From Bdellovibrionota bacterium (GTDB lineage Bacteria; Bdellovibrionota_C; UBA2361; JBGSMV01), in the NCBI GenBank assembly GCA_044356455.1, contig JBIKWF010000010.1, positions 569 to 64,568 of the forward strand: DNA of 64,000 bases, given 5' to 3'. Positions 1-9,092 of this stretch are shown in pieces (positions within the stretch are counted from its first letter, which is position 1; each line of letters begins with the position of its first letter). Both the position numbers and the translations under genes were made by a program. The notes beneath the pieces were generated by a model. The model was not told the DNA's origin. It saw nothing but the letters and a program-made list of their open reading frames with translations, and made no database searches.

Positions 1-525
1 TACGGAGCGGTCAGCGAATTGAAGCTTTGAGGAAGAGTTATTTTCTTGTCGAGAAATGAAAACCTTATACTGCCCCATTCTTAGTCCAACATCTGAGGTT
101 GGATTCCACTGAATGTAAGCGTCGCGGAGGTCGGGAGAGCGAGCACCCTCATCGTTTCTTGTCCCCACGAGGTCTGCTTGCAGGTAGTAGTTGAATTCAT
201 TGTGGAGGGCGGAACCTGAGAGGATGATCCGCACTCGGCGCATCTCAAAACTTGACGTGTTCGCGCTGTTTTCATTATCCGTAAAAGTATAGCGAGTTTG
301 AATCTGGGTATTAAACTGCGAGGTGAAGCCGCTATCGGGGAACTCAAAACGAGTTCCGCTCTTATAGAGAACCTTTGCGCCGGCGCTTGGAGCGCTGGAA
401 GCAGCTTCGGATTTAGAAATAACCCCTTTTTCAACAAGAAGATCTTCAAGAGACTTTGCGTGCGCTACAGGAGGCGAAGCGAGCCACGCAGCTGCCGATA
501 CACCGACTACGAGTCGTTTAAACAT
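1..525 (-). CDS. phosphate-selective porin OprO/OprP-like outer-membrane protein, N-terminal ~175 codons only (C-terminus lies beyond the window start)
   Basis: Minus-strand frame open from ATG at 525 to the window edge. Translation MFKRLVVGVSAAAWLASPPVAHAKSLEDLLVEKGVISKSEAAS...YKSGTRFEFPDSGFTSQFNTQIQTRYTFTDNENSANTSSFEMRRVRIILSGSALHNEFNYYLQADL has a signal peptide followed by an amphipathic beta-strand pattern as in porin O/P. It lies next to pst genes. It is absent from the ORF track because there is no in-window stop. Confidence 0.45.
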   Translation of the reverse strand, partial: MFKRLVVGVSAAAWLASPPVAHAKSLEDLLVEKGVISKSEAASSAPSAGAKVLYKSGTRFEFPDSGFTSQFNTQIQTRYTFTDNENSANTSSFEMRRVRIILSGSALHNEFNYYLQADLVGTRNDEGARSPDLRDAYIQWNPTSDVGLRMGQYKVFISRQENNSSSKLQFADRSV

Positions 526-738
526 AGATAAATATCTCCAAGCGTATAGGCGATGGTCATCGCCGACGTTTATTAATGCGGCTCACTCTGCACCAGATGC
601 GAGCAGATTTCATGTTAGAATTTGGTTAGTTCTTGTTAAGTGGGTACAAAGCCTGTTGCAAGCAAATTAACAGGGGTCCTATGATACAAACCGTGGTTGA
701 AGAGGCCAACGGATAGCAGGGCAGCTTGCTTACAAAAA

Positions 739-787
739 TTGTGTCCAAATTAAAGATTTATGTTGGTTCGGGGCACACTCCTAGCCC
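739..787. repeat. partial copy of palindromic repeat family P (GTGTCC..GGACAC hairpin module)
   Basis: TTGTGTCCAAATTAAAGATTTATGTTGGTTCGGGGCACACTCCTAGC closely matches 17596-17649 and the reverse complement of 13715-13770. Confidence 0.5.
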
Positions 788-822
788 GTTAGGTTGATAC
801 CTTTTCTTAGAAATGAGGATAG

Positions 823-1764
823 ATGGAAAACCATGGCGGAGCGGCTTCTGTGAATCGAGGTGATTCCTTAGATCGAAATTTTGCGGTGAGTCAGCCTGAG
901 TTTCTGGAGGCTGGCTCGACAAACTCATCTTCTCCAGCCTCATCTTCCCAGGCGGGCTCATCTTCCTTAGCGGGCTCATCGGGGAAGTCATTGGAGGCAG
1001 GAAAAGCTCAACTAGGCAGGTTCTCGGTGACGGATTTGAGATTCTTCTACGGCTCAAGTCAGGCGCTTTTCGACATTACAGTAGACCTTGTGCCTCAAGA
1101 GGTTACCGCTCTTATCGGCCCCTCAGGCTGCGGAAAGTCGACATTTCTTCGCACTCTTAACCGCATGAATGACACGATTCAGGGTGCGCGGGTTGAGGGG
1201 ACGGTGGCCCTTGACGGGCATAACATCTACGATCCAAGCATCGATGTGGTGCAGCTCAGAAAGAGAGTGGGGATGGTATTTCAGAAGTCTAACCCATTTC
1301 CGACTTCAATATTTGAGAACGTAGCTTTTGGCCCACGCGTTCATGGGCTTCGCGACAAAGCGCATTTGGAAGAGCTTGTCGAATGGAGCCTGCGGAAGGC
1401 AGATTTGTGGGAAGAAGTGAAGGGTCGTCTCAAGTCCAGTGCTCTTTCGCTTTCGGGAGGCCAGCAGCAGCGGCTGTGTATCGCTCGTGCACTGGCAGTG
1501 GGCCCGGAAGTTTTGCTCATGGATGAGCCTGCCTCTGCGCTTGATCCGAGGTCTACGGCAAAAATTGAGGAGCTCATTCGAGAGTTGCGCGGCACGTATA
1601 CCATTGTGATTGTCACCCACAATATGCAGCAGGCAGCCCGCGTTTCTGACTTCACCGCATTCTTTTTTGAAGGGAGATTGATTGAGTACGGTGGCACGCG
1701 ACAAGTTTTTACCAAGCCCCGGGAGAAGCAGACGGAAGATTATATTACCGGGCGCTTCGGTTAG
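823..1764 (+). CDS. pstB: phosphate ABC transporter ATP-binding protein PstB with a Ser-rich low-complexity N-terminal extension (true start uncertain)
   Basis: Walker [13 protein letters not shown] signature LSGGQQQRL, Walker [12 protein letters not shown], and typical PstB N-terminal motif FYG...ALxDI. It is followed directly by phoU. Confidence 0.9.
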   Translation: MENHGGAASVNRGDSLDRNFAVSQPEFLEAGSTNSSSPASSSQAGSSSLAGSSGKSLEAGKAQLGRFSVTDLRFFYGSSQALFDITVDLVPQEVTALIGPSGCGKSTFLRTLNRMNDTIQGARVEGTVALDGHNIYDPSIDVVQLRKRVGMVFQKSNPFPTSIFENVAFGPRVHGLRDKAHLEELVEWSLRKADLWEEVKGRLKSSALSLSGGQQQRLCIARALAVGPEVLLMDEPASALDPRSTAKIEELIRELRGTYTIVIVTHNMQQAARVSDFTAFFFEGRLIEYGGTRQVFTKPREKQTEDYITGRFG

Positions 1765-1774
1765 GAGAAGGCAG

Positions 1775-2440
1775 ATGACCCAACATCTTCACCGGGGAGT
1801 TGAACGCCTAAAATCCCAGCTATTGGCGCTTGGATCCATGGTTGAACGCTGCCTCCAGGACGCGCTTACTGCGTTTGAGTCAGGTGATGTAGTTGCCGCG
1901 AAACGCATCATTGCAGCAGATGAACATATTGATCTTTTAGAAGTTGAGGTTGAGGAAGACTGTCTCAAGCTTCTTGCCTTGCACCAGCCAGTGGCTGCGG
2001 ATCTCCGGTTTATTGTTTCGGTGCTTAAAATCAATAGCGACCTCGAACGAATTGCGGACTTTGCTGTTTCAATTAGTTGGAGCATTGTTGATCGCGGGGC
2101 TCTGCCTGATGGGGCTCCCTCGTTCTCGCTGGCTTTAATGAAGGACCAGGCGCAGGCCATGGTGCGCGAGGTGCTTCGCGCGGTGATTGAAGTGGACTGC
2201 TCACGGGCGCGTACCGTTCTTAAGATGGATGATGTGGTAGATGCTGAGAAGCGAAGAATTCAGCGTGAAATTATGGCAGAAATCAAGCGCCATCCTGGGT
2301 TCGTGGAGGCACTTTCAAGTATTCTTTCAGTCGCGCGGTCTCTCGAGCGAATTGCAGACCATGCAACCAATATTGCCGAAGATGTGATTTACATGGTTGA
2401 AGGCGATATCGTGAGGCATGGAAGGTTGCTTGCGCACTAG
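1775..2440 (+). CDS. phoU: phosphate signalling complex protein PhoU
   Basis: The ORF track gives 1682..2440. The internal ATG at 1775 is preceded by the RBS AGGAGAAG and follows the pstB stop at 1764. Two PhoU repeats each carry a DxxERIADxA motif. Confidence 0.9.
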   Translation: MTQHLHRGVERLKSQLLALGSMVERCLQDALTAFESGDVVAAKRIIAADEHIDLLEVEVEEDCLKLLALHQPVAADLRFIVSVLKINSDLERIADFAVSISWSIVDRGALPDGAPSFSLALMKDQAQAMVREVLRAVIEVDCSRARTVLKMDDVVDAEKRRIQREIMAEIKRHPGFVEALSSILSVARSLERIADHATNIAEDVIYMVEGDIVRHGRLLAH

Positions 2441-2447
2441 CCTTTAT

Positions 2448-2742
2448 ATCTCACGGGATCCCTTCGGGTCCGTGAGATTTCCGTTGAAAATTGGCCATCC
2501 GGGCCAATTTTCAACCGTGCGCACCCTCCGCTCGCCACAACAAAGTGTCGAGCGGAGGGTACGCACCAAATCGCTCCCGTTGGTCGCGATTTGCTAACGC
2601 CATCCCGTCTCCGCGCTGATCGCGCTACGCCGCGGCTCGCAGACGAGGCGCGCCGTAGCCGATAGGCGAAGGCGGCCGGGCGTTAGTTAGCCGTCATTGA
2701 TCACAGCCCGTCGGGGCTGTGATCAATGACGGCTAGGAGTGC
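2448..2742. repeat. cluster of at least five consecutive perfect or near-perfect hairpins between phoU and pstS (terminator / REP-BIME-like)
   Basis: H1 2449-2477 TCTCACGGGATCCCTTCGGGTCCGTGAGA. H2 GAAAATTGGCCATCCGGGCCAATTTTC. H3 GCGCACCCTCCGCTCG...CGAGCGGAGGGTACGC. H4 is a GC-rich imperfect palindrome. H5 2688-2733 CCGTCATTGATCACAGCCC GTCG GGGCTGTGATCAATGACGG has a 19-bp perfect stem and is followed by GCTAGGAGTG, the same start sequence as family P. Confidence 0.6.
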
Positions 2743-3165
2743 AGCCATATTGCCTTTTTCTTTCTATTTGGGTGCTTGTAGTACCTCCCTCCTCTTCGCT
2801 GAGTGGGCCAGGAAATACGAAGTAATCGACTTAATGGGGGCAAGCCCCTTAGCTAAAGGCACACCTGTTGCTAATAAATATCTAATACAGTTTTCCTTGA
2901 AGCCCTTCCCACCTAAGGGTAAGTAACCAACGAGTGCTGGTGGCCTGTGCCTTAGAACCCTTGTGTCTCGTTCTTGAAAGCCCCTGTCCCTTATAACGCT
3001 GCGCACTAAAAAATTTGCGCTGCTGTAGCTAGCACGAGGGTAGTAGAGGCATAGACTGCTTTAAGGAATATGTGAGTGGAAAGAGAACGCCTTCTGCCCC
3101 GCACATTCCTAGTCTGAAATCTGAAGATGTAACTTAACCAAAATGCCCAGCAAAAATGTCGGGCG

Positions 3166-4251
3166 TTGCGTCGGAGTAAACCTATGGACATTACGAACCG
3201 CTTTTCGCCTCGTTACCTTGCGGCATGTGCAGCTGCGCTAAGCCTTTCAATCGGATCCTCATTTGTCGCTTCCACTTGGGCGGCGGTGCCTGATTCAGTG
3301 GCCGGTAATGTGGCCATCGATGGATCTAGTACTGTGTACCCAATTACTGAGGCCGTTGCGGAGGAGTTCGGTGCTTCGCATCCTCGCGTTAAGGTCACTG
3401 TTGGTATTGCCGGAACAGGCGGTGGGTTTAAGAAGTTCTGCGCAAGTGAGATTGATTTAGTAAACGCCTCTAGGCCCATTAAGGAAAGTGAAGTTGCGGA
3501 ATGTGGAAAGTCAAAAGTTGAATATCTTGAACTTCCCGTTGCATACGACGCTCTTACGGTTGTCGTACATCCTAAGAATACCTGGGCTACGTCGATTACT
3601 GTGGCTGAGCTGAAGAAAATTTGGGAGCCCGAGGCGCAAGGGAAAATCACTCGGTGGAATCAAATTCGCGCGGACTGGCCAGACGCCCCTCTTCGCTTGT
3701 TCGGTCCTGGAGTCGATTCAGGGACCTATGACTATTTCACCGAAGCCGTAGTGGGTAAGCAGCATTCAAGTCGTGGCGACTTTACCAGCAGTGAAGACGA
3801 TAACGTCTTAGTGCAGGGTGTCGCGGGAGATGTGAATGCGCTGGGTTATTTCGGCATGGCATACTTTCAGGAGAACGCTGACAAGCTCAAGGCAGTTCCA
3901 GTTGATGATGGTAAGGATGAGAACGGAAAGGGTCCTCAGGTAGCGACACTTGAGAACGTAATGAAGGGTATCTATCAGCCTCTTGCTCGACCACTTTTTG
4001 TCTATGTGAACAAGAAGGCTGCTGACAGAGGAGAGGTAAAACAGTTTGTTTCTTTCTATTTGCAGAATGTCCCTGAGCTATCCAAGCAGGTTGGCTACAT
4101 CCCGCTATCCTCGAGCGTGTATTCCCTCGCGGGTGCGCGGTTCGAGAAACGTGTAGCCGGCTCAGTATTCGCGGCGAGCACCACAAAAGACGGTAAGGGT
4201 TCCCCTGTAGGAATGACGATTGAGGAGCTTCTAAAGAAAGAAGCCGCCTGA
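3166..4251 (+). CDS. pstS: phosphate ABC transporter substrate-binding protein, PstS family
   Basis: N-terminal signal peptide, then the PstS-type motifs GSSTVYPITEAVAEEF and GTGGGF. Directly upstream of pstC-pstA. Confidence 0.85.
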   Translation: MRRSKPMDITNRFSPRYLAACAAALSLSIGSSFVASTWAAVPDSVAGNVAIDGSSTVYPITEAVAEEFGASHPRVKVTVGIAGTGGGFKKFCASEIDLVNASRPIKESEVAECGKSKVEYLELPVAYDALTVVVHPKNTWATSITVAELKKIWEPEAQGKITRWNQIRADWPDAPLRLFGPGVDSGTYDYFTEAVVGKQHSSRGDFTSSEDDNVLVQGVAGDVNALGYFGMAYFQENADKLKAVPVDDGKDENGKGPQVATLENVMKGIYQPLARPLFVYVNKKAADRGEVKQFVSFYLQNVPELSKQVGYIPLSSSVYSLAGARFEKRVAGSVFAASTTKDGKGSPVGMTIEELLKKEAA

Positions 4252-4345
4252 GAAAACGTTTGGCTGCTCTCGCTCAAATCCCCGGCAGTAGTCTGTTATA
4301 TGAGCGGGGATTGATGAGCACGTAAGTTTCGTTGCACGGTTTTTC

Positions 4346-4411
4346 GTCACTGTTTCCCTCATCCCGAAGCGGGCTTTTGCCTTGCGGGTGGCGGGGGAAA
4401 CAGTGACTTTT
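4346..4411 (+). terminator. stem-loop with a 13-bp stem followed by TTTT between pstS and pstC (partial terminator / attenuator)
   Basis: GTCACTGTTTCCC..(36-nt loop with an inner GC hairpin)..GGGAAACAGTGAC TTTT. A second hairpin CAAATCCCCG..CGGGGATTG lies at 4274-4313. Confidence 0.5.
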
Positions 4412-4432
4412 CAATAGAAGAAGCTAGGCAGT

Positions 4433-5410
4433 ATGGAGTGTGTAAGTTCTCGCTCGTCCAAGGCGCAAGAAGCATTCCCTGAGTTCCTCAGGATGCGCGG
4501 AGTGATAGAACTTACCCATAACCGTGCTAGTTCGTTGCGTGAGTTTTCAGAAAAGGGAATTGAGTGGGCCCTTTTTGCAGCTGCACTGATCTCAGTGCTC
4601 ACGAGCGTAGCCATCGTGTGCGTGCTTGGTGTTGAGGGACTTCTTTTCTTTGAGCAAGTTCCGCTCTGGCGATTCCTTACCGATCTGGAATGGACGCCAC
4701 TCTTTGCAGATAAAAAATTCGGAATTCTGCCGCTCATTTGCGGAACTGCTCTCACTTCTGCGATAGCCCTGGCCGTCGCGCTGCCGCTTGGGCTAGTTAT
4801 TGCAATCTATTTGAGCGAGTTCGCAACAAAAAAAGCACGATCCGTTCTTAAGCCTCTGATTGAAATTCTTGCGGGCATACCAACTATTGTGTACGGCTAT
4901 TTTGCCTTGATGTTTGTAACTCCTCTGCTTCAATCTGTCGTGCCGGGGCTTTCAACGTTCAATTCGCTGAGCGCTGGAATTGTTATGGGGATTATGATTC
5001 TCCCCATGGTCGTTTCTCTCAGTGATGACGCCCTTTTCACCCTCCCGCATAGCTTACGAAATGGAGCGTTTGCCCTTGGAACCACGAAACTTCAGATGGT
5101 TTTTAAGCTGCTGGTCCCCGCAGCCTTGGGAGGAATTACTGCTTCGTTCATTCTCGCGATGTCTCGAGCAGTGGGAGAGACCATGATTGTAGCGATTGCC
5201 GCAGGCCAGCAGCCAACGCTCACGCTTGACCCTCGGCAGCCGGTAGCAACCATGACGGCTTTTATTGTCCAGGTCTCGCTAGGCGATACTCCCCACGGCT
5301 CGCTTGAGTATCGCAGCATCTTTGTGGTGGGCGGCGCACTCTTCCTGATTACTTTAGGGATGAACTTTTTGAGTCTGAGGATACGTGAGCGATACAAGTT
5401 TAAGCTCTGA
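4433..5410 (+). CDS. pstC: phosphate ABC transporter permease PstC
   Basis: Multi-TM protein with the EAA-like permease loop LAMSRAVGETMIVAIAAG; position between pstS and pstA. The true start may be the downstream Met (MRGVIEL). Confidence 0.88.
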   Translation: MECVSSRSSKAQEAFPEFLRMRGVIELTHNRASSLREFSEKGIEWALFAAALISVLTSVAIVCVLGVEGLLFFEQVPLWRFLTDLEWTPLFADKKFGILPLICGTALTSAIALAVALPLGLVIAIYLSEFATKKARSVLKPLIEILAGIPTIVYGYFALMFVTPLLQSVVPGLSTFNSLSAGIVMGIMILPMVVSLSDDALFTLPHSLRNGAFALGTTKLQMVFKLLVPAALGGITASFILAMSRAVGETMIVAIAAGQQPTLTLDPRQPVATMTAFIVQVSLGDTPHGSLEYRSIFVVGGALFLITLGMNFLSLRIRERYKFKL

Positions 5411-6281
5411 GATGGCAGCAAGCGCTTCTCGCCGAGAACGTCTGAAAAGACAGGAGAGGGCGTTTGAGCTATTTGCGTTAGCATGCCTCTCCGCCGCTCT
5501 GGTGGTGCTCGCACTTTTGATATTCAAAGTGCTCTTTGATGGCGTGGAGCGCGTGAATTACGGCTTCCTATCGAGCTTCCCCTCACGCTTTGCGGAAAAG
5601 GCGGGGCTTTATTCTGCACTCGTGGGGAGCTTCTATCTTATGGCACTCACCGGAGTTATTGCAGTCCCTCTGGGAGTAGGCGCGGCGGTATATCTTGAAG
5701 AGTATGCCCCCCAGAATCGAGTGACCAGGCTCATCGAGCTCAACCTTGTAAACCTTGCGGGAGTACCCTCTATTATTTTTGGTATTCTTGGGCTGCAAGT
5801 GTTCGTTCGATCCATGGACATGGGACGTAGCCTTCTTGCAGGCGCGCTCACCATGAGTCTTCTTATTCTGCCCGTTATTGTCATAGCAGCGCGGGAGGCG
5901 CTGCGAAACGTACCGAGGAGCCTAAGAGATGCCTCTCTTGCGCTTGGGGCTACAAAGCTCCAGACGATTCGTAGTCAGGTCCTGCCGGTTGCTTTTCCCA
6001 ATATTCTTACAGGCTGTATTTTAGCGTTCTCGCGAGCACTGGGAGAGACCGCGCCACTTATCACGATGGGAGCCCTGACTTATGTGGCTTTTATCCCAGA
6101 CGGATTGTTTTCACCTTTTACGGTTCTTCCCATTCAAACTTTTAACTGGATATCTCGGCCACAGACTGCGTTCCATGCGAACGCAGCGGGCGCCATTGTG
6201 GTCCTGCTTGTAGTTCTGCTCATTTTTAATGGGGTAGCAATTCTTCTTCGTAATCGAATTCAACAGAAGCAGCCTGACTAG
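5385..6281 (+). CDS. pstA: phosphate ABC transporter permease PstA
   Basis: Multi-TM protein with the permease signature AFSRALGETAPLITMG. It overlaps the pstC end; an alternative start ATG at 5412 (MAASAS) exists. Confidence 0.88.
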   Translation: MSDTSLSSEMAASASRRERLKRQERAFELFALACLSAALVVLALLIFKVLFDGVERVNYGFLSSFPSRFAEKAGLYSALVGSFYLMALTGVIAVPLGVGAAVYLEEYAPQNRVTRLIELNLVNLAGVPSIIFGILGLQVFVRSMDMGRSLLAGALTMSLLILPVIVIAAREALRNVPRSLRDASLALGATKLQTIRSQVLPVAFPNILTGCILAFSRALGETAPLITMGALTYVAFIPDGLFSPFTVLPIQTFNWISRPQTAFHANAAGAIVVLLVVLLIFNGVAILLRNRIQQKQPD

Positions 6282-6732
6282 GATTGTGCCCACAATGAGG
6301 GCTTTTGCCTCTGCGGGGCATGCTCCTCGCCTGCTTTCTCACGGCTTTTAGGCCGGAGTCTCGATGAAAGCCACACGCAGAAATGCCATAACCACCCGAA
6401 ATGACTACGCTATTGACCGATTTGGTAGCTGTGGTAACCTCCCGAGCGCTATTGGCGGGGTTTGGAGGCTCTTTTTGGGGGGCGCTCATGGCTTTGAATG
6501 GGTCAAGAGCAGGCCTATGAGTTTAGGCCGTATCGATTCTAGCCAATTTGTTGGTTCACTGAGGTTATTGTTTCGCTCAGGGGATACTTGGCTAGTCTTA
6601 TCGCGAGTATTTTCACCGAAAAGCAAGTTTTAGGGACTTTTCTGTCCCTATTATTTGAGTTCTTGCCGCGAGTTCGGTACCTTCTAGGTCCGCAAGGGTG
6701 GGGTCTGCTTCGAGGGGTGTCATGCTCCGTGG

Positions 6733-6815
6733 ATGCAGTATCTCAAAGATGCAGTATCCCAAAGGATACAGTATCCCAAGGGTACAGTATCTCAAAGTAT
6801 GCAGTGCATTTAGAG
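6733..6815. repeat. about 4.5 tandem degenerate copies of a 16-17-bp unit GATGCAGTATCTCAAAG
   Basis: GATGCAGTATCTCAAA / GATGCAGTATCCCAAAG / GATACAGTATCCCAAGG / GTACAGTATCTCAAAG / TATGCAGTGCATTTAGAG. Sits in a 675-bp non-coding region upstream of rplM. Confidence 0.7.
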
Positions 6816-6837
6816 ATAGAATCCCTAGTGCCCATGG

Positions 6838-6872
6838 AGAGCGCCGTTAATGGGCGCTTGTTGAATTTTTGT
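6838..6872 (+). terminator. hairpin followed by a T-run in the rplM leader (candidate attenuator)
   Basis: AGCGCC GTTAATG GGCGCT followed by TGTTGAATTTTTGTT, about 85 bp upstream of the rplM start. Confidence 0.45.
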
Positions 6873-6955
6873 TCGTAGTTATTCGCAGTTCAACGGGTAG
6901 CCTTCGTTTATGAGCTACGCCTTGAGGTAGAGTTAGTAATTGAGAGACGTGAGTC

Positions 6956-7396
6956 ATGAGTACTTTTTTCCCTAGCCGTGAACAGGCTCTAAAAGATCGT
7001 AAGTGGGTTGTAGTTGATGCGGCTGGACAGCCTCTCGGGCGCGTTGCTTCGCAGGTCGCAGCTATTCTGCGCGGGAAGAATAAGGTTACCTTTTCTCCTC
7101 ATGTCGATACTGGCGATTTTGTCGTGGTGATTAATGCTGCGAAAATTGCGCTTACTGGAAACAAGCTTCAGAACAAAATTTACTATCACCACACCGAGTA
7201 CATCGGAAGCCTCAAGGCTATTCCTGCGGGTGAGTTGTTGGCAAAGAGCCCCGAGAAGGTTATCCGTCGTGCCGTAAAGGGCATGCTCCCAAGCGGACCC
7301 CTTGGCTTTAGCTTGATCAATAAGCTTAAGGTATTTGATGGCCCGCAGCACAATCACAGTGCTCAGCAGCCCCAGCCGGTTGCCTTACATAACTAA
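6956..7396 (+). CDS. rplM: 50S ribosomal protein L13
   Basis: WVVVDAAGQPLGRVASQVAAILRGKNK...YYHHTEYIG is a canonical L13. Confidence 0.95.
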   Translation: MSTFFPSREQALKDRKWVVVDAAGQPLGRVASQVAAILRGKNKVTFSPHVDTGDFVVVINAAKIALTGNKLQNKIYYHHTEYIGSLKAIPAGELLAKSPEKVIRRAVKGMLPSGPLGFSLINKLKVFDGPQHNHSAQQPQPVALHN

Positions 7397-7454
7397 GAGA
7401 TATTTTAAGAAGTAGAATTCAAGAGAATCAAATCAGTTTGTCGTTTGAGGGAAT

Positions 7455-7847
7455 ATGAAGAAAGCTGGCATTCATGCAATTGGGCGCCGTAAGACGGCGG
7501 TGGCTCGTGTATACTTGCGCCCCGGTGCTGGGAAGATCTCGGTAAATGGGAAAGATTATCAAGAGTTCTTCGGCCGTAAAACGTTGCAGATGATAACTCG
7601 TCAGCCAATTGAAGCTATTCCTGCTGCTTCAGGTTTCGATATCTTTGTGAATGTCTCTGGTGGCGGTTCTTCAGGTCAGGCCGGAGCGGTTCGACATGCG
7701 ATCTCTCGCGCTCTTGTGAGTGTGGATGAGGGTAATCGCAAGGAGCTTCGTACTCGCGGTTATCTCACGCGCGATGCGCGCATGGTTGAGCGTAAAAAGT
7801 ACGGTCGTCACGGCGCACGTCGTAGACCTCAGTTCTCGAAGCGTTAA
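7455..7847 (+). CDS. rpsI: 30S ribosomal protein S9
   Basis: GRRKTAVARVYL...GGGSSGQAGAVRHAISRAL...RDARMVERKKYGRHGARRRPQFSKR is a canonical S9. Confidence 0.95.
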   Translation: MKKAGIHAIGRRKTAVARVYLRPGAGKISVNGKDYQEFFGRKTLQMITRQPIEAIPAASGFDIFVNVSGGGSSGQAGAVRHAISRALVSVDEGNRKELRTRGYLTRDARMVERKKYGRHGARRRPQFSKR

Positions 7848-7893
7848 TCGCTTGGTGTGGAGGGGGAAGCTCGATTCTCCCCTTACTAGTAAA

Positions 7894-7927
7894 GGCGGGG
7901 TGAGTAATACTCACCCCGCCTTTTTTC
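7894..7927 (+). terminator. rho-independent terminator of rplM-rpsI
   Basis: GGCGGGGTGAGTAATACTCACCCCGCC followed by TTTTTTC. Confidence 0.85.
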
Positions 7928-7964
7928 ATGCTTTCGGCATGTTCCGTAAACCTGCGTATGCGCG

Positions 7965-9092
7965 TTATTGAGGCGCTTCAGCACCAAGTAACAGGACCGT
8001 GCCAACAAATCCAAGAATAATGTTCGCAAGCCAGGCTGAGAGGGCAGGGGGTACGAGTTCGGCCTTTCCTAGTGCAAGGCTAAACGAGTGCACGGCGTAA
8101 TAGGAAAAGCCAATAACAAGACCCGCTAAGACACTGGCTGCCATGTTGCCTGAGCGCGCGGGCCTCAGTGCAAACGGAACTACCACGAGCGCAATGATAA
8201 AGTTCACGAGAGGAAAGGAGAACTTTTCGTAAAGGCTAGGAAGGTAGCCTGAGACATCAAGGCCATTCTGTCTCTGACGTTTCACAAACCGGCGCAGCTG
8301 AGAAATGGTCATGGTATAGGGGTCGGTCTTTACTTCGTAGAAATCGTTTGGGGTTTCTTGAATTGGGAGAGGTAGAGAGTGAAAACTCCTTTGATCGATT
8401 GCCGGTGCCGCAGTTGAAAGACCTTGGCCTTTTTCTGGCGAGCGAGGGCTAAACCGAAACTCTTTAATCCCGAGCATATTCCAGCCCAGACTCTTGTTCA
8501 CCCAGCGTACCTTCTCGGCGTCGGTGCGCCGCGTGATCTCGAAGTCGGGCGAGGTCTCAAAGGAAGAGAATCCCGTAAGTTCGTTTGTGCTTGAATCGAA
8601 AGTTTCGACGGAAAAGAACTTCTGTCCTGATCGCCACCAGAAGTCATTCTGGCTATAGCCTCCGCGTGCGTCCTTCTTGCGGATGTCAATATTGTAGATT
8701 TCGCTCGCCTTTTTCTGACTGTAGGGGACCAGTACTTCGTTGAGGCCGAAAGCGATTCCGCTCAGCGTAAGTCCTGTCAAAAAGACCGGCATGGCTACTG
8801 ACCAGACGGTAATGCCGGAGGCGCGCATGGCGGTGATTTCAGAGCTCTTGGAAAGGAGGCCAATCGTAAAAAGAATCGAAGCCATAAGGGCGACAGGAAA
8901 CATCAGCGAGAGCATGAGAGGAATCTTGCAAAGGAAATACAGCAGGGTAGTTCCGATGGTTGCGCCTTCCGCGAGTATGTTGTCGATGCGGTCAAAAAAG
9001 TCGAAGATCAAGAAGAGAAATACGAGCGCAACGAGGCTTAGAAGCAGATTCTTCAAGAGCAAACTCAGTACGTAGCGATGAATGATCTTCAT
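7965..9092 (-). CDS. lptG: LPS export ABC permease, LptF/LptG (YjgP/YjgQ) family
   Basis: Six-TM architecture with a periplasmic beta-jellyroll insert and the family motif ITAMRASGITVWS. The 4-bp overlap with the upstream paralog is typical of an lptFG pair. Confidence 0.75.
   Translation of the reverse strand: MKIIHRYVLSLLLKNLLLSLVALVFLFLIFDFFDRIDNILAEGATIGTTLLYFLCKIPLMLSLMFPVALMASILFTIGLLSKSSEITAMRASGITVWSVAMPVFLTGLTLSGIAFGLNEVLVPYSQKKASEIYNIDIRKKDARGGYSQNDFWWRSGQKFFSVETFDSSTNELTGFSSFETSPDFEITRRTDAEKVRWVNKSLGWNMLGIKEFRFSPRSPEKGQGLSTAAPAIDQRSFHSLPLPIQETPNDFYEVKTDPYTMTISQLRRFVKRQRQNGLDVSGYLPSLYEKFSFPLVNFIIALVVVPFALRPARSGNMAASVLAGLVIGFSYYAVHSFSLALGKAELVPPALSAWLANIILGFVGTVLLLGAEAPQ

Noticed and set aside
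81-531. ORF-track ORFs 81..449(-) and 298..531(+)
   Set aside because: A different minus-strand frame, open from 525 to the window edge, gives a much more protein-like translation (signal peptide plus porin-like beta pattern). The track ORFs are alternative frames of that gene.
1306-1715. Minus-strand ORFs 1306..1704 and 1341..1715
   Set aside because: Antisense to the well-supported pstB.
3040-3165. Possible Pho box upstream of pstS (CTGAAATCTGAAGATGTAAC)
   Set aside because: These are adjacent 7-bp direct repeats with the wrong spacing relative to the CTGTCAT-N4-CTGTCAT consensus. Too weak to call.
6364-6878. 89-aa and 96-aa ORFs in the pstA-rplM intergenic region
   Set aside because: No RBS, odd composition, and they overlap the 16-bp tandem repeats. 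The region looks regulatory or non-coding.
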